Assembly: GCA_025201805.1 (NCBI GenBank)
Contig: MU619276.1
Span: 64,558-128,557 of the forward strand
Reading direction: 5' to 3'
Length of the DNA: 64,000 bases
DNA from: Parasitella parasitica NRRL 2501
Taxonomy: Eukaryota > Fungi > Mucoromycota
Shown piece by piece: positions 34,944 to 48,166 of the stretch (its first letter is position 1; every line of letters starts with the position of its first letter). The notes under the pieces are model-generated. The model did not search any database and was not told the origin of the DNA. It was given only the letters and a program-made list of their open reading frames with translations. The position numbers and the translations under genes are program-made.

Positions 34944-37798
34944 ATGAGCGACATTGAACAAGACTGGACGTGTCCCTTTAAGCAGAGTTCTTCCGCTTCA
35001 ATTGCTAGCTCTGCTGCAGATGATTCATTGCTGGCTATTCCAGACGTATCGAGATCAGTAATGCTAAATCTGCCCAGATCGAATTCATTGGACAAATTAT
35101 ACTACCACGGCAATAAGCGAAACGATACATTAAAAAGCCTGTTTCCGCCTTCAGGCTACGATGACACCGATTCGGACGACGATGACGATGAGCAGCAAGT
35201 GCAGCTACTACGATCGTTCACTGTAGGGTCCAAGCAGATTACGCACCACAGAGAAATCTGGAAGTGCCCTGCCTCTTCAGCGCACTCTAATGGGACGCAT
35301 CCCGACACGACACATGCAAGCAAGACACCGCCTGTCTTTGGCCATGAGATTCGCATTGCCAACGAATACGGCGCAATTCATGCGATTGCGACAAGGGGTG
35401 CGGTCATTGTAGTGGGTACAAGTCATTATAACATCCAGTCCTATAATATCAAACATGCAGCAGACACTCTATTCACCTCCCCTACATTACCCTGTCAACA
35501 AGAGTCAACTGACACGATACGCTCCATCTGCTTTTCTCCTGCTATTTATCCAGATCAGGAAACCGACATTGTATGGGCTGGCACGGAAAACGGCTCTATT
35601 TTAGCAGCGAATGCGCAGAGCGAAATCATTGCAAAAAGGGCACCGCTACGCAATCAGCCCATCACCATTATGCTGTTGAACCGAAACGTGGAGCTATGGA
35701 CCATTGACGACGCTGGAAATCTGGACATTTGGCCGTTGTCTAGTGCGACTCTTGCAGTATCAGCGCCTTGTCAGAGCATTCTCGTCACCAAAAACACAAA
35801 AACAGCCATTTTGAGTCCAAGCAGGCCACATATCCTATGGCTGTCTGCAGGCAGATCAATCGACAGGTTCGACAGATCTCTTCTCACCGTTGTGCCTTTC
35901 ATCGAGATGCCAACCAAACTCGGAGAAATTGCTCAGCTATTTACGATCCCGTTCCACCCGCAACAGATATTTGCTGTCCACTTGCAGGATGGGCAAATCA
36001 GCGCCTGGGATGAGTCTACGGGCTGCAGGACCCTCTGCGTAGCTCTGTCCATGGATAAACTGACAGCCGTCCTGCCTGTTGGCCAATATTGCCTCTGGAC
36101 AGGCTTTCGTAACGGAGTGGTAGCAATCTACGACACGCGATGCGAGCCCTGGGTGGTCATCAAATCATGGAAAGCTCATAAAAACGCAGTTACAAAGCTT
36201 GCCGTTGACCAGCTCTCCGTCTCGCAGACAATGCCTGTTATTACTGCGGATTCAGCAGGCCATATTGCAATTTGGGATGGGCTGTTGGCAGACTATTGGT
36301 TAGGTAAATGTTTGTATCAAGAAAGCGCACACATGCCTCGCTGCTAAACAAAAGAAATGCTAACCTGTTTGATGGCAGAGGAGCAGATGGCAGTCCATGT
36401 CAGCGAGTACTGCGATTTCACAGAGCTCAAGACAATGGTCTGCTCGTGGAACATGGACGCCACCAAGCCTGACGCTTTGACAGAATCAGACGTGGAAAAG
36501 GTGCACGAGTGGCTGCACGGCATGGCTGACCCTGACATCATCATGGTGGGGATCCAAGAGATTGTCGACCTTAATTCAAAAACGCTTACTGCAAGTAAGT
36601 ATGCAACGCCACATCCTACGCACATTCAACAGAATTCATGTGTAGCTTACACTAATGATAATAATNNNNNNNNNNNNNNNNNNNNNNNNNNNNNNNNNNN
36701 NNNNNAAAAAAAAAAAAAAAAAAAGAGTCGTTTTTGTCCCTTAGCAGAAAGATCGAAACCATTGAGGAAGCAGATGAATTGCTGACGCATCGATACATGC
36801 TGTGGCACGACTATCTGGTATCCATCATCGACACCAATTTCGGGAAAAACGGCTACAAAGTCATCAAGACGGATCAGATGGTAGGCTTGTTTAGTTGTAT
36901 ATTTATAAAAGCAGGCTTGGAGCACCGCATCCGCCAGTGCGATAGTAATGTCGTGAAGACTGGGTTCCGTCTGATGAACAAGAGCCTGCACGGAAACAAG
37001 GGCGGCATCGCTACACGGCTTGTCATTGACGATACGTCTCTCTGCTTTGTCAACTGTCATTTGGCTGCTGGACAGTCCAACGTACTGACGCGCAATGTCG
37101 ACATTGAGGGAATCCTCCATTCCGCACGCTTTCCGTCCTGCGCCGTCGAAGCAGCCTTCAAGCCCGACGTCGATGGCACCAGCATACTTGACCACGAAAC
37201 CTGCTTCCTAAGCGGCGATCTCAACTATCGCATAGGGATGAAGCGTGACCAAGTGCTCGCCTTGCTAGCCGACGGAAACAGCAAATTTGAAGCATGGGAG
37301 ACTCTGCAGCAAGAAGATCAACTGAAAAAGCAGTTGGCCTTCAACCCCATGTTCCGCATGCTTGGCTTCAAGGAGCCGCCTCTCTTGTTTGATCCAACCT
37401 ACAAATACGATCGAGCCACCGACTTTTACGACAGCTCAGAAAAGAAGCGCACCCCAGCCTGGTGTGATCGCATCCTGCACCGAGGCCCTACTTCCCTAAG
37501 CAACCTGTACTATCGCCGCCATGAGCTTAAAGCCTCCGACCACCGCCCAATCAGTGCAGGATTTACAATCCACGCAAAAACCGTGGATCGGCAGAGGTTG
37601 GAGCAGGTGAAGGCTCGCCTTCAATTAGAGTGGCAGCAAGTATTGGCCAATCATACACAGCTCAACAAGGTTCTTCATGTCACTCGGTACGATCTATGTG
37701 GCGAAAAAGAAGCTCTGCATAGACTGGAAAAGGCGAATTGGAGCGTCGAGCAAGTGGTGAAAGACTTGTATCGTGACAAGGGTCCTTATTTTGTCTGA
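34944..37798 (+). CDS. Inositol polyphosphate 5-phosphatase with N-terminal WD40-like propeller
   Basis: WD-like segments (VWAGTENGSI, LWTGFRNGVVAIYD, WKAHKNAVTKL, IAIWDG) and IPPc motifs CSWNMDA, DIIMVGIQEIV, GNKGG, FVNCHLAAG, GDLNYRI, PTYKY, PAWCDRIL and SDHRPI. The first in-frame ATG is at 34944; the true start is uncertain. Confidence 0.9.
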
Positions 37799-38164
37799 AC
37801 AAAGCAATTTTGAATAAACCACCCAAATGCCTTGTCTGACAGATGCCTTACTAAAACGATAGTGTGCCTGCATACAGCCCATGAGACGAGTCGAGATCAA
37901 AGCTGCCTTGTCCATTGAAAGACATGTGTAGACATGTGTTAGTTTAATGACGCATTTTTGATAGGGGCAACTGCAAACAAGTGTGACCAGTCCTGTTCAT
38001 TTGGTTTGCAGCGGGGCTTTTTTTTNNNNNNNNNNNNNNNNNNNNNNNNNNNNNNNNNNNNNNNNNNNNNNNNNNNNNNNNNNNNNNNNNNNNNNNNNNN
38101 AGCAGCCTTTAAATTTTTACAAGGCCCTCCCTTTCATTCCTTCTTTTTGCATTTAGAAAACATC

Positions 38165-38689
38165 ATGGCGCTTCGAGCAGTATTATCCAGTCTTTCACAT
38201 AGATTCACAGCACCGGCAGCACCGGCAGCACCGATGCAATGGATGCGCCAAATTTCAACAACGCAAGCTGTCCATCAAATTGAAGGCGGAAAAAGCGCTG
38301 CTGGCCAGGAAGAGACACCAACCCCTGCCATGCCTCACCTGTTGGCACAAGAGCTTCGTGGACCCAATGAACTTTCGACATCCCTGGATGCCTATTCCGG
38401 CAGATCCATGGGGTCGGTGTCAAACCCGAATATTGCTTACAAGCGCTTGAATTCTATCTTGACGCAAAACAACGTTCGCAAAGAACTGCGTGCAAATAGA
38501 TATTATGAAAAGCCAAATGTCGCAAGAAGACGAAAGAATATCGAACGCAATCGCAAACTGTTTGGTGCAATGATCGGAAAGAAGGTTGCGCTCATTATGC
38601 AAATGAAGCAAAGGTAACGTCTGCATGGCATTCGACACGCTCTACGGCTACTAATACTGTATCATTCAACTTTTTACAGAGGCATGTAA
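38165..38689 (+). CDS. MRP21: Mitochondrial ribosomal protein bS21m
   Basis: Presequence-like MALRAVLSSLSHRF and the motif AYKRLNSILTQNNVRKELRANRYYEKPNVARRRK. A short last exon (..RGM*) follows the final intron. Confidence 0.82.
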
Positions 38690-38765
38690 AGATATTGAAT
38701 ATATACAAAAAATGTAGCATACATCGAATAAAACCCCCCACTCACCGAATAGTAGATATTGTACT

Positions 38766-38796
<31 letters not shown>

Positions 38797-38811
38797 CTAC
38801 CCTTGCTGCTT

Positions 38812-40071
38812 TCAGTATCCTAATCCTAGATTCGCTGGTGCTTTGATATTCTCCATTCTACACAACTCTCGAACAATAAAATGCCATGCATCTTTCTCCA
38901 GACCAACACGACGACCGTAGTCCCATAGTTTTCTTCGCTTGTATTCGTACGTCTCATCGTCAATACCCCTCAGAATCTCATCCAGCCGGTGTACCTGATC
39001 ACGACGAACCCGCACAATAAACGAGTCCCAATCTACATCATACTCAAAGGGCTCAATGATGCCATCCGCAATAACCACAGGGACAACACCAAATGCCATA
39101 AACTCCCAAATACGAGTGGTATCCAATGTCCAGCCCATTGGACTTAGCCCGTATTTTGCACGTCCCAGCTTTTGGAGGTATTCCTGATCTGCAATCACTT
39201 GGCCAATTTCATACCCAGGATAATGCGAAAAGTACTGGAACATCAGCGATCGAATACCGTTTGAGTATTCGTCTTCAGGCTTGACATCGGGACAGCAGCC
39301 TTGGAATAGGACGAAAATATCTCGCTTGCCAGATTTTGGATGTCCATCGTGGTTTAAATAAGTCAAAGGATCGATTCGCAAATGGTGGATCATCCTCGTC
39401 GATGAGGGAATCACAATGTCTCTTCCATAGCGATGACGCTGCATCCATTTCTCTCTCTTGTCGCCAACTGTCTTTAGAAATATGGCCGGCTGGAAACGAG
39501 CATTGTTCTCGTAGTATGTGAATGTTTTGTCCATTGGGTGGATCATGATGTGGTTTCTTCCACTCGTTTGGTTCCAGTAGGGCAGATCGTTGATAACCAT
39601 GTCCATCATGGGGTCGACGTAGTTGGCATCCACCTTGCAGCGCTCGTCCCATTTCCATCCGCTCTCGGCCCAGCAATTGTATAAATAACACGCCCCAAAG
39701 AACGGAATAAAGTAAAAAGTAGCCTCCTCAGGGTTTTCAGTAACATAATGTCTGTAGATAGGACTGGAGGGATTGGTGAGCTGATTATGCAAGATGATTT
39801 CAGAGTTGTAATTGGATTCGTGGCATCTTTCTTCCTGCACTCGCTTGGACACTTGGAACGTTTCTGGCGCTTTATATACATAGATTTTGGGTCTGCAAAC
39901 TGCTTGCTCTAATGGTGTCGGCCAATACGAGGGTGTATCCCGTATCGGAAGTGGTGGCGCTGGTGGTGCTGCTTTTCTATTTAACCTGTACAAAATGCAA
40001 ACTAGGAGAAACCCAACTGTGGCTCCTAGCAGAAGGATCCATCGTCTGTTGAGTCGCAGGACATTTGCCAT
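38812..40071 (-). CDS. Exostosin-family glycosyltransferase (GT47), type II membrane protein
   Basis: TM anchor WILLLGATVGFLLVCILY, then PKIYVY, TENPEEATFYFIPFF, PYWNQTSGRNHI, DIVIPS and KYGLSPMGWTLDTTRIWEFMAFGVVPVVIAD. Single exon. Confidence 0.9.
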   Translation of the reverse strand: MANVLRLNRRWILLLGATVGFLLVCILYRLNRKAAPPAPPLPIRDTPSYWPTPLEQAVCRPKIYVYKAPETFQVSKRVQEERCHESNYNSEIILHNQLTNPSSPIYRHYVTENPEEATFYFIPFFGACYLYNCWAESGWKWDERCKVDANYVDPMMDMVINDLPYWNQTSGRNHIMIHPMDKTFTYYENNARFQPAIFLKTVGDKREKWMQRHRYGRDIVIPSSTRMIHHLRIDPLTYLNHDGHPKSGKRDIFVLFQGCCPDVKPEDEYSNGIRSLMFQYFSHYPGYEIGQVIADQEYLQKLGRAKYGLSPMGWTLDTTRIWEFMAFGVVPVVIADGIIEPFEYDVDWDSFIVRVRRDQVHRLDEILRGIDDETYEYKRRKLWDYGRRVGLEKDAWHFIVRELCRMENIKAPANLGLGY

Positions 40072-40111
40072 AATATTTAAAAGGTGTAATAGAAAAAAAA
40101 AAAAAAAAAAA

Positions 40112-40168
<57 letters not shown>

Positions 40169-40504
40169 GTGCACAAAAAAAAGGCATCCATGTTGACACA
40201 TTAACATTGACTCATGAATAGCTACAATTGGTAGCCTGTTTTTCTGTTGAATGTGAAAGCAGCGGCTCTAGTGCCAATAATAGGGGCCAATGGCCGTCTA
40301 ATCGCAACCGCCAAACAATAGTAAACATGAAATAATGTTGGCGTTTGTGTATCACTATTACTCTTTGCAGTACAACTTTTTGAATTGGAGCCAAAAAAAA
40401 AAAAAAAACTAGTTTTATTAATCTGATACGATTATTGGAGAGAAACCGATGCGATTATGCAACAATTGTTGAAAATTGATAGCAGAGCTATGCACTGTCA
40501 GACA

Positions 40505-40798
40505 CTACATGTATTTGAAGGATTTTGCATTTCCATTCAAGAATGTTGTCTCTGAAGCAATATCTGGGGATACAACACCAGCCAAGTTCCCTTGACAACC
40601 AGTGTCACTGAAAACATGTACGCTGAACGCACTGTCTCCATTTGTTATTGTTAAATTTTTACTGTCTTTTGGAAGCTCGTAACATTGATCAAATATAAGA
40701 AGCTTCAAGTTTTGATGGTTGACGGTCAACGGACCCTGGACGATTTTGAGGCCAGAGACAACGCAGATAGCAGATAAGAAAAGTGGAATTGAGAGCAT
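40505..40798 (-). CDS. Small secreted protein (97 aa), possibly beta/gamma-crystallin-like
   Basis: Signal peptide MLSIPLFLSAICVVSG, a mature domain with two Cys (DQCY; VHVFSDTGCQG) ending AKSFKY, and a TATA-like TATATATAAG about 55 bp upstream. Confidence 0.65.
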   Translation of the reverse strand: MLSIPLFLSAICVVSGLKIVQGPLTVNHQNLKLLIFDQCYELPKDSKNLTITNGDSAFSVHVFSDTGCQGNLAGVVSPDIASETTFLNGNAKSFKYM

Positions 40799-43700
40799 TT
40801 TGTTAATTTGAGATATTGATGTATTTTTCCTTCGTTTGAGATGAAGCGCCCTTATATATATACTTTCGCTTCCTATGTTCATTCACTATATGTGGTTTGC
40901 TTTATTCAAAATGTATTATTGTTAATACTGACAGTAGCTGTATAGATTAATAATTTAAATTAATTAAATATCATCAATATGCCAAAAGGTTTAGCAACTG
41001 TTGAAAACCCCTTGCTATGCTGGATCATTGTTAACATTGGCTTGGTACATTGCCAATCTGATTCGTAGCTTTTCTTCAGCAGAACCAAGCGATTTACTGC
41101 TACTGTTCTTCACTTGATTAGTCTAATGGTCTTGCGCCATTGAACTTTTTATCATTCTTACAACCTCAAACATATCACCGTCCATACCATCAAGTAAAAT
41201 ATTGTGTTGGAGATTATAGCATTTATTTACTTTCACAACTTTGAGAACCACAAATTTAAAGATAGCACAGAACATCTTCATCTTCAACATAATGATTCCC
41301 TTGTTTACGTTTTTGATTACCATATAAATAATGTATAAAAAGAATAATAGGTTAGTGTGGTTACGTACTAGCAAAGTGCAATAGTGGCTTCATTGTGCCG
41401 GTTCTCGTGTCAGTGGAAACAGAATAGGCTATTATGTTGTACATACGATTCGCGATAGAATACTGTAGTACTGCATTGAGCGGATGATTATATTCATTGT
41501 TTGCATATATATATGTAATTAATATCCATCAGGCACAGTTGTTTCTTGGCTCACGGCGAGCTGCAACCTTATAATAATCTCTTTGATAATATACAAAAGT
41601 GGCTCATTATCAGAGTTCAAAAGAGCCTATTCCAACTGGAGTGAACAAGTCCAATTTTCAAAACTTCATATCTCAACGAAAAATCAAAGCTACAAGAGTA
41701 TCTTGCACGCAGTCAAGCATACTTCAATATGAAAAGGTTTCTTTTTTTTTATTATTAGGTTTTAGGCATTTTTGCCACAGAATATAAACAAATAGTCAAC
41801 TGAAAGGCTATTTTGAGTACAGGTTTAAAGGTAGTTTTCAATACCTATCTGTAGGATGTTATATCTCCTCAAAGGGCCAATTTTTCCTCGAAGTAATGAG
41901 GAATAAAATTGGGTAGAATGTAATGCCTTGCCATTCCTCGATTTTTCGGGCAATAGCTCATCCATTCTAGTATGGCTTTAGTTTTAAAAAATATATTTAA
42001 AATTTAAAATTAATGAGAAACAGCTCAAACTTTAGGTAAAATTTTCGGAAGGTTTTTATCAGGAAAAGCTTGAAAAATACATGATTATTTTCAAAATTTA
42101 ATTTTACAAACAACCATCTAATAATTTAGAACAGGTTACTATGCATTTTATTAAAGATTAAGAATGTTCATGATTCTGATCTTTCTATCCATTTGAAAGG
42201 GGATGTTGCTATTATATAAACTCGGTGTATATAATGGTTGTTGAAGTGGTTCTACAAGATAAATGCTGCAGGCACTAGTACCAAATAACTTTCACCATAA
42301 ACGATTCAAGATCTCAAAGCTCAATTAGCCTATGTGATATCACAGATAACATATGATTCCCTACAATCAGATATATGACGAAACTTGTTATATATTTGCT
42401 AACCAAGTTCCTTAGAATATGTAAAAGTGCATATGGTGGAAGGAACGACTAAAATTTAAACGGTCAGAGGGATACTGATATTGTATGAAAAGTATGGAAA
42501 GAGTCATGGCTCTGCAAGTTAGCACATGTAGCATGATGATGGCTTTATAATATATTTGTATAAAAGAAATGTGTTTTTTGACAGATCCATGCTCGATGTG
42601 AACCTATGATTCAGCAGATCAATGAATCTATCTTCTGGCCGGCTCAATAGATTCGATAAAGGGGCTTCATTTTTGCCTAAAAAAAACAATTCCCAGTGCC
42701 TGATGTACATATATGTAGTCTCTCATCAGAAAATTAAGCTTTTACAACGTGTTCATACATATATACAATCAATGAGCCATGGTGTTTTTTAATTGTTATT
42801 ATCCATAGCAAGTATCTTATATATGTGATGCTAGTTTCAAGTGCTATGTGTATTTTTTTTCTTCTTCTTTTTGCTGTACGCGCAGTATATGCATGTGATT
42901 TATACAGAAGGGAGAAGAAGCAGACTGTATACATGCCCGATTGGAAGGATCTAACATAAAGTTACTAGTAGCTACATAATTAATGCGATTTGTTCCATAG
43001 AATATGTACGAATCCACAAGATGGATTACTGAATAAGTACTACTGCTGTTACCAGACTTTGACATCACGAATCTTGTTAATCTCACAATTCAAGAACCTT
43101 GGTACCCTCAAATCACAACTGTAAGGTCTTTAAGATGGCTCATTGTGCAGATTGTATATGTAGCAGATCAGCCAGACACTTTTAGCCCTCAAGTTTCACA
43201 ATATGTAAAGAATATGTTTGTTAATGAAAACCAGTTCGTATGTGTGACATTTTCATCGTGTACACATATAAACAAAAATTATGTAACATGTTTATTATAT
43301 ACGTATAAAATCGTGCACGACAGCTAAGTACATTTGCAAATCTATACAAATAATAGACTACATATAGACATGATAGTAAACAATCTCACACGTTTATCGT
43401 TCCCCGCGGTAACCCTTAAATGACTGTTTTCTTCTAAATCAACAGAAGTAAGATTTTCAGGAGTATATGGCAAAAAAAAAAAAATAAACCAACTATCTCC
43501 CGCCATCATGTAGGGTGTTCACGGGTTGTGTAAAACTCCAAATAATGTCATTCAACGTGATAAAGTGGCGATGGATATTAGCAACTATTTGACATGGCAT
43601 AGGTATAGGAGTGCAAGAGTACGTTAATTATATGATGTGCGTATCCTGGACCAAACATTATATTGCGACAGGAATTCTTTAGTGTACATGTAGTAGTAAT

Positions 43701-44646
43701 ATGGCGCTCAAAAAAAAAAAAAAAAAAAAGATGTAGTATTCCCCAAATTGTTGGAGGCATGTCTTTTATTTTTGTTAGCCAGCTACGTCTAATATATACG
43801 TATATAAGGGCGATATGAACAGTAGTTCTACATGCATACACGCATCTGTTGTAAATGTAAAAGCGGTCTCATCTTACATGTTTTCAGTATGTATGAGATG
43901 CTATGATATCAGATCTGTCATGTACATATACATGTAGGAGTATATGTGTAAAATCTATATTCTTTATTCTTTTCGCCCTCCTCTTCCCATTGCTCCTTCT
44001 TCTCTGTAAGTGTAAAAATAACGACAAGATGTAGCCTCTACTACTGCTACAACAACAACAAAGAAAGTTAATAAAGATGCATTGCATTATGTCTAACCGC
44101 CACCAGTCAGAATGGCCAAGTGATATTAACAATCTCTCCTCGACCACACCGAAAAAAAAACAAATATAGTAAACCGTTGTTTGTTTAATAAATTAGCACT
44201 TTTTGGTTGTATATATATATTTACACACTCTGTATTTATATTGCAATAATACATAAAATTAAAAATATCTTTCTTTCTTTCTGCTAAAAAGGATTCATCA
44301 GTTTATGCAGGGTTTATTGCATTCCCCCCATTTACATTATCGAAATCAGGAAAAAAAAGGGGCAGAAGAGTCAGTGATTCTAGGTTGAACAGCCCAATAG
44401 CAGCTGCTCAAATGCGATTGACAGTTAGTTTTTGGTTCTATTTTGAGAATCAACATATTAATTATGCAAAGGTTTTATGTAATATTATTAAAAAACGCAC
44501 AAAGAAAGTAGAAAAGGCCATTGACTAACAAGAACAATATAAAAAGACGTCTATTTTATTCTCTTCTTTTTTTCTTTATTTCTCAAATCAACCACCCCCT
44601 CCTCCATTCATTATAAACCAGCAACACATTTCATTCCTTTATTCAA

Positions 44647-45922
44647 ATGTTCAACTCATCATCCTCATTATCGTCGCAAAGCTCAGTTTTTAGATTAAAC
44701 AAGCCAAAGTCTGCGAGCCCTCGCTTTAGCTCAGCCAAAGCATACTCTCCATACCCTCTCTCTCCCTCTCCCTCTGCTGCTAGCAACTCTGCAGAAGTCG
44801 AAAAAATTCCTCGCCCCTTGAACAGTTTCATGATCTTCCGTCTCGAAAAACAGAGAGATATTGTCGACAAATGCCCCGGTGCTAACCATAGAGATATCTC
44901 CAAAATCATCTCCAAATGGTGGAAGGAGTTGCCAAAGAACGAAAAGGATTGGTACGTTGCCGAAGCCGAGAAGCGCAAAGCAGAACACAAAGCACTGTAA
45001 GTCTTTTCTTTTCTTCAAACACATTGTGGAATAAGCAGCTAAATTTCTTTTCTATAATAGGTATCCCGACTACAAATTCTGCCCCCAGAAGAGAGCCACC
45101 AAACCTAGAGCTTATAGAAAGCGTGCAAGAAATGAATTTGTTGCCAGAGATTTTGAAAACAAGCAAAGCCTATCTGCCTTGTTCAAGGGCGGCATGTTGG
45201 CCTCCAGCTCTTCTGCTACCTCTGCCTCTCCCACCTCTATCTCATCCTCTGAGGATGACGTTAGTAGCTCGAGTCAGTCAGACAGTTTGGCCCGTTTTAT
45301 CCGCAACGAAAAGCTGCCTTCCAGCAAAGATTTTCAGTTTGTGAACGTCCAGCCCACTTCATCAATCAGCACAAGCAGCAACAGCAGCAACGGTAGCGTC
45401 AGCGATGATCCTAATACAACATCACTCGCCATCAAGCCACCTACAGTGCCCGAACTGAAGGTCCCCGAGGTCCCCAGCACCTCTTCCATCTATTACCCTA
45501 CTACTACATCTTATTATACCGTCCCCCCCGGAGCATATTCAGTCCCATCTCAATCAACAGCCTATATCCATCCTACCAATGCTGCCTCTGTGAATAGAAC
45601 TGAGCCCTGGGTCAACTACAATATCTACGCTAATTATTATAATCCCTCTGGTGAAAGCTATCCTCATACCCCATACGTGGTTGGTAGTAATGCAGCTGCA
45701 CCAACAACGTTACACTACCTCACTCCCAACTACCACTATTATCCTGCTCTGCCTCCACCAGTGCAGTACAATACATCTTGTCTTTATCCTTACGATAGTC
45801 ATACTAGCAATAGAAGCGGCAACACCAGCAGCACCAGCAACAGTAGTCCTATCAGCAACATCACAGAGAACTCTGCCATCGCGCCCAGTCTCTTGACTCA
45901 GCCTTTCCCATACCACTCTTAG
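44647..45922 (+). CDS. Sequence-specific MATA/SOX-type HMG-box transcription factor (Rox1/Ste11-like), 2 exons (44647-44996, 45061-45922)
   Basis: KIPRPLNSFMIFRLEKQRDIVDKCPGANHRDISKIISKWWKELPKNEKDWYVAEAEKRKAEHKAL/YPDYKFCPQKR, followed by an S/P/Y-rich tail. Confidence 0.92.
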
Positions 45923-47368
45923 ACTAAATCTTTTTTCACACTTATGGATTTGTAATAAACTGTACCTTGAGTTAATATAGAATAAAAACCTCTAGTCTTA
46001 TTTGTTGCAATGAAATGGTCTTACTAAAATGGCATTTGCATATTAATGAATACTGTTATATATATAAAAAAAAAAAAAAAATTGTCGCACTGTATATATA
46101 CAGTATATATGGCTAAACAAACATACCCTTCAAACTTTAAATCAAATTAAAAACGCATGGCTTTATAAATGTACCTGGTTTAAAATATCAAAGGGGGGTA
46201 TATAGCAACAAAAGGAGAAATTTGTGTTTGTTTGTACATGAAATACCGTGTATAAATATCTGAATAGAAATTCATATATTCAAATTATGTAGCTGGTGGC
46301 ATAGATATTCGTCAAGACCGGAATATATAATTAGATTGCGAAAAAGCTTACCAACTAATGAAACTAATGAACACAACATATATCACGGAATCACATACAT
46401 AAGAGAAGAAAAGCGGTAAAAATTTCATTATTGACAATTGTAAAATGTGCGGTCTACTTGCAAAAAAAAAAAAAAAAATGTCGTGCATGTACAGGGCAAC
46501 GTTAATCTATACAAATATATAGACTATTCTTACAAAGAGACACGACTCAAAAGTGGACAGTGTTTGGTACCGACCTCTCTTTCCTCTAGATTTGTCATTC
46601 GTACGTATATTATCTTGAATCATCCGTGATGATACACCACCGCCGTCCAGTCAATGGCCTGCATACGGATTTCAAGTCAGGTATGTCGATCACAATGACT
46701 CTTGTCCTGTCTTTTGAGTACGATAGACATGTATGTAAATGAGGGATGTGTCAACCCCTTCCGTATGATTAAATATTTTCCTGTTTATGTGTATTTGTAC
46801 AAATATATTTCATCATTGTTCTTGACAGAAATAAGAAATCCTGGGCTTCTTTTTTTTTTGTGTGCAAGTATTTGCCACTTGCATCCTCTGGATCCTCGAC
46901 TTTTTGCGTCGCATGTGTGTGCTGGGTGCCTTTTTTTTTTTTTTTCTTTTGGTAAACAAAATAAAACAAGAGCAGCGTCGCTGTGTATACGAATGAGTCA
47001 TGGTTGCATCCTTTTGCTCTTGTTTTATTCAATATGGAAACGTCACATTGCATGGTAAATCAAATGCTTCAACAGCTAAGCTAACCAAAATGATACCAAG
47101 AGAATGTACTGTATCATGTATGTGCATGTGCCGTATTCAAGTATCAGTGGCTAATTATGAAGTTTGTGTGCTAGGTGATACGGGGAATGAGGTGACAGAA
47201 TACGAAAGGCCTTGTGACGAAGAGACCACCAAAGGTCTAGCAACGCAGCTCGAGCAGTATAAAATGGGCTTCTTTTCCTCCTGCTTCTCTTTCGTGCTTT
47301 CTTTCCGTCTCTTCTTTCTCTCTCTTTTTGCCCACATCTTTTTTCTCTCTTCCAAAAAAAAACAAACA

Positions 47369-48166
47369 ATGCTCCGGGTTTACTCTGTCCTCTACATTGA
47401 GCGCTTATGGAACGGCGATGCTGCTGTATCACAAAACAAGCACTTGATTCATTCTTCAAACTCATCTACTCACTCACAAATTATCGTCACTGATGCATAC
47501 GCATCAAGAGAGATCGAGGCAGACGGACAAGAACAGGAGGAAGGAGGTAGGTCTATGATACAATGGAAAAAAAAAGTTGCATTTTACTCATGATTTGCTT
47601 TAGTCTTTCAAGAAACCCCAGAAGAAGCACTATTGCAAGAACAAGAGCCCCTTGCTGATTCTGGCGCTGGCTCTGACGCTGCTGCTGCTGCTTCTCAACT
47701 AGCAAAAAACGACATTACTGAGGAAGAAGCTGAAATAATGGATGGCAAGATCGATAGCGAATCGATGCTGGTTGATAGTGCTGTTTCGCAACGGCAGGAG
47801 GAATATATCATCGGCAGCCTGACCATTGATACCAATAATTTGCAAGGTTTCTCTGCTGCACAAGCAAAAGCACAAGCGGAGGCAATGTCAACAACAGAAG
47901 AACTAACAACCACGCCTGCGGCTGTAACTGAAAAGTCAGCAGATCTTCCAACATCCATTTCATCTTCATCCTCCATTTTGCCTCCTCTTACACCATCCTC
48001 TATCCATTCAATTGGCGTCTCTGCAACTGAGGCTCCTGAAAAGCCAAGAACCACCTCATTGATTAGAAGAGAAACTCAAAAGCTGAACGATAGACGCAAG
48101 AGCTTCACAAAGAAAATGAAGCGAGTGCTCACAGTCAAATCAGACAGCAAAAGAAACTCTGTGTAA
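47369..48166 (+). CDS. Hypothetical low-complexity acidic protein with basic C-terminus (2 exons)
   Basis: ATG at 47369 downstream of TATAAAA (47258). A GTAGGT...TTTAG intron (~47547-47603) joins in frame to ORF 47633..48166. Confidence 0.6.

Noticed and set aside
41040-41400. Minus-strand ORF 41123..41374 as gene or TE relic
   Set aside because: It has no ATG context, splice support or recognisable motif.
44647-45922. HMG gene as the Mucorales sex locus (sexP/sexM)
   Set aside because: The usual flanking triose-phosphate transporter and RNA helicase genes are not in the window, and the gene has an intron in the HMG box. It is better treated as a non-sex MATA-HMG paralog.
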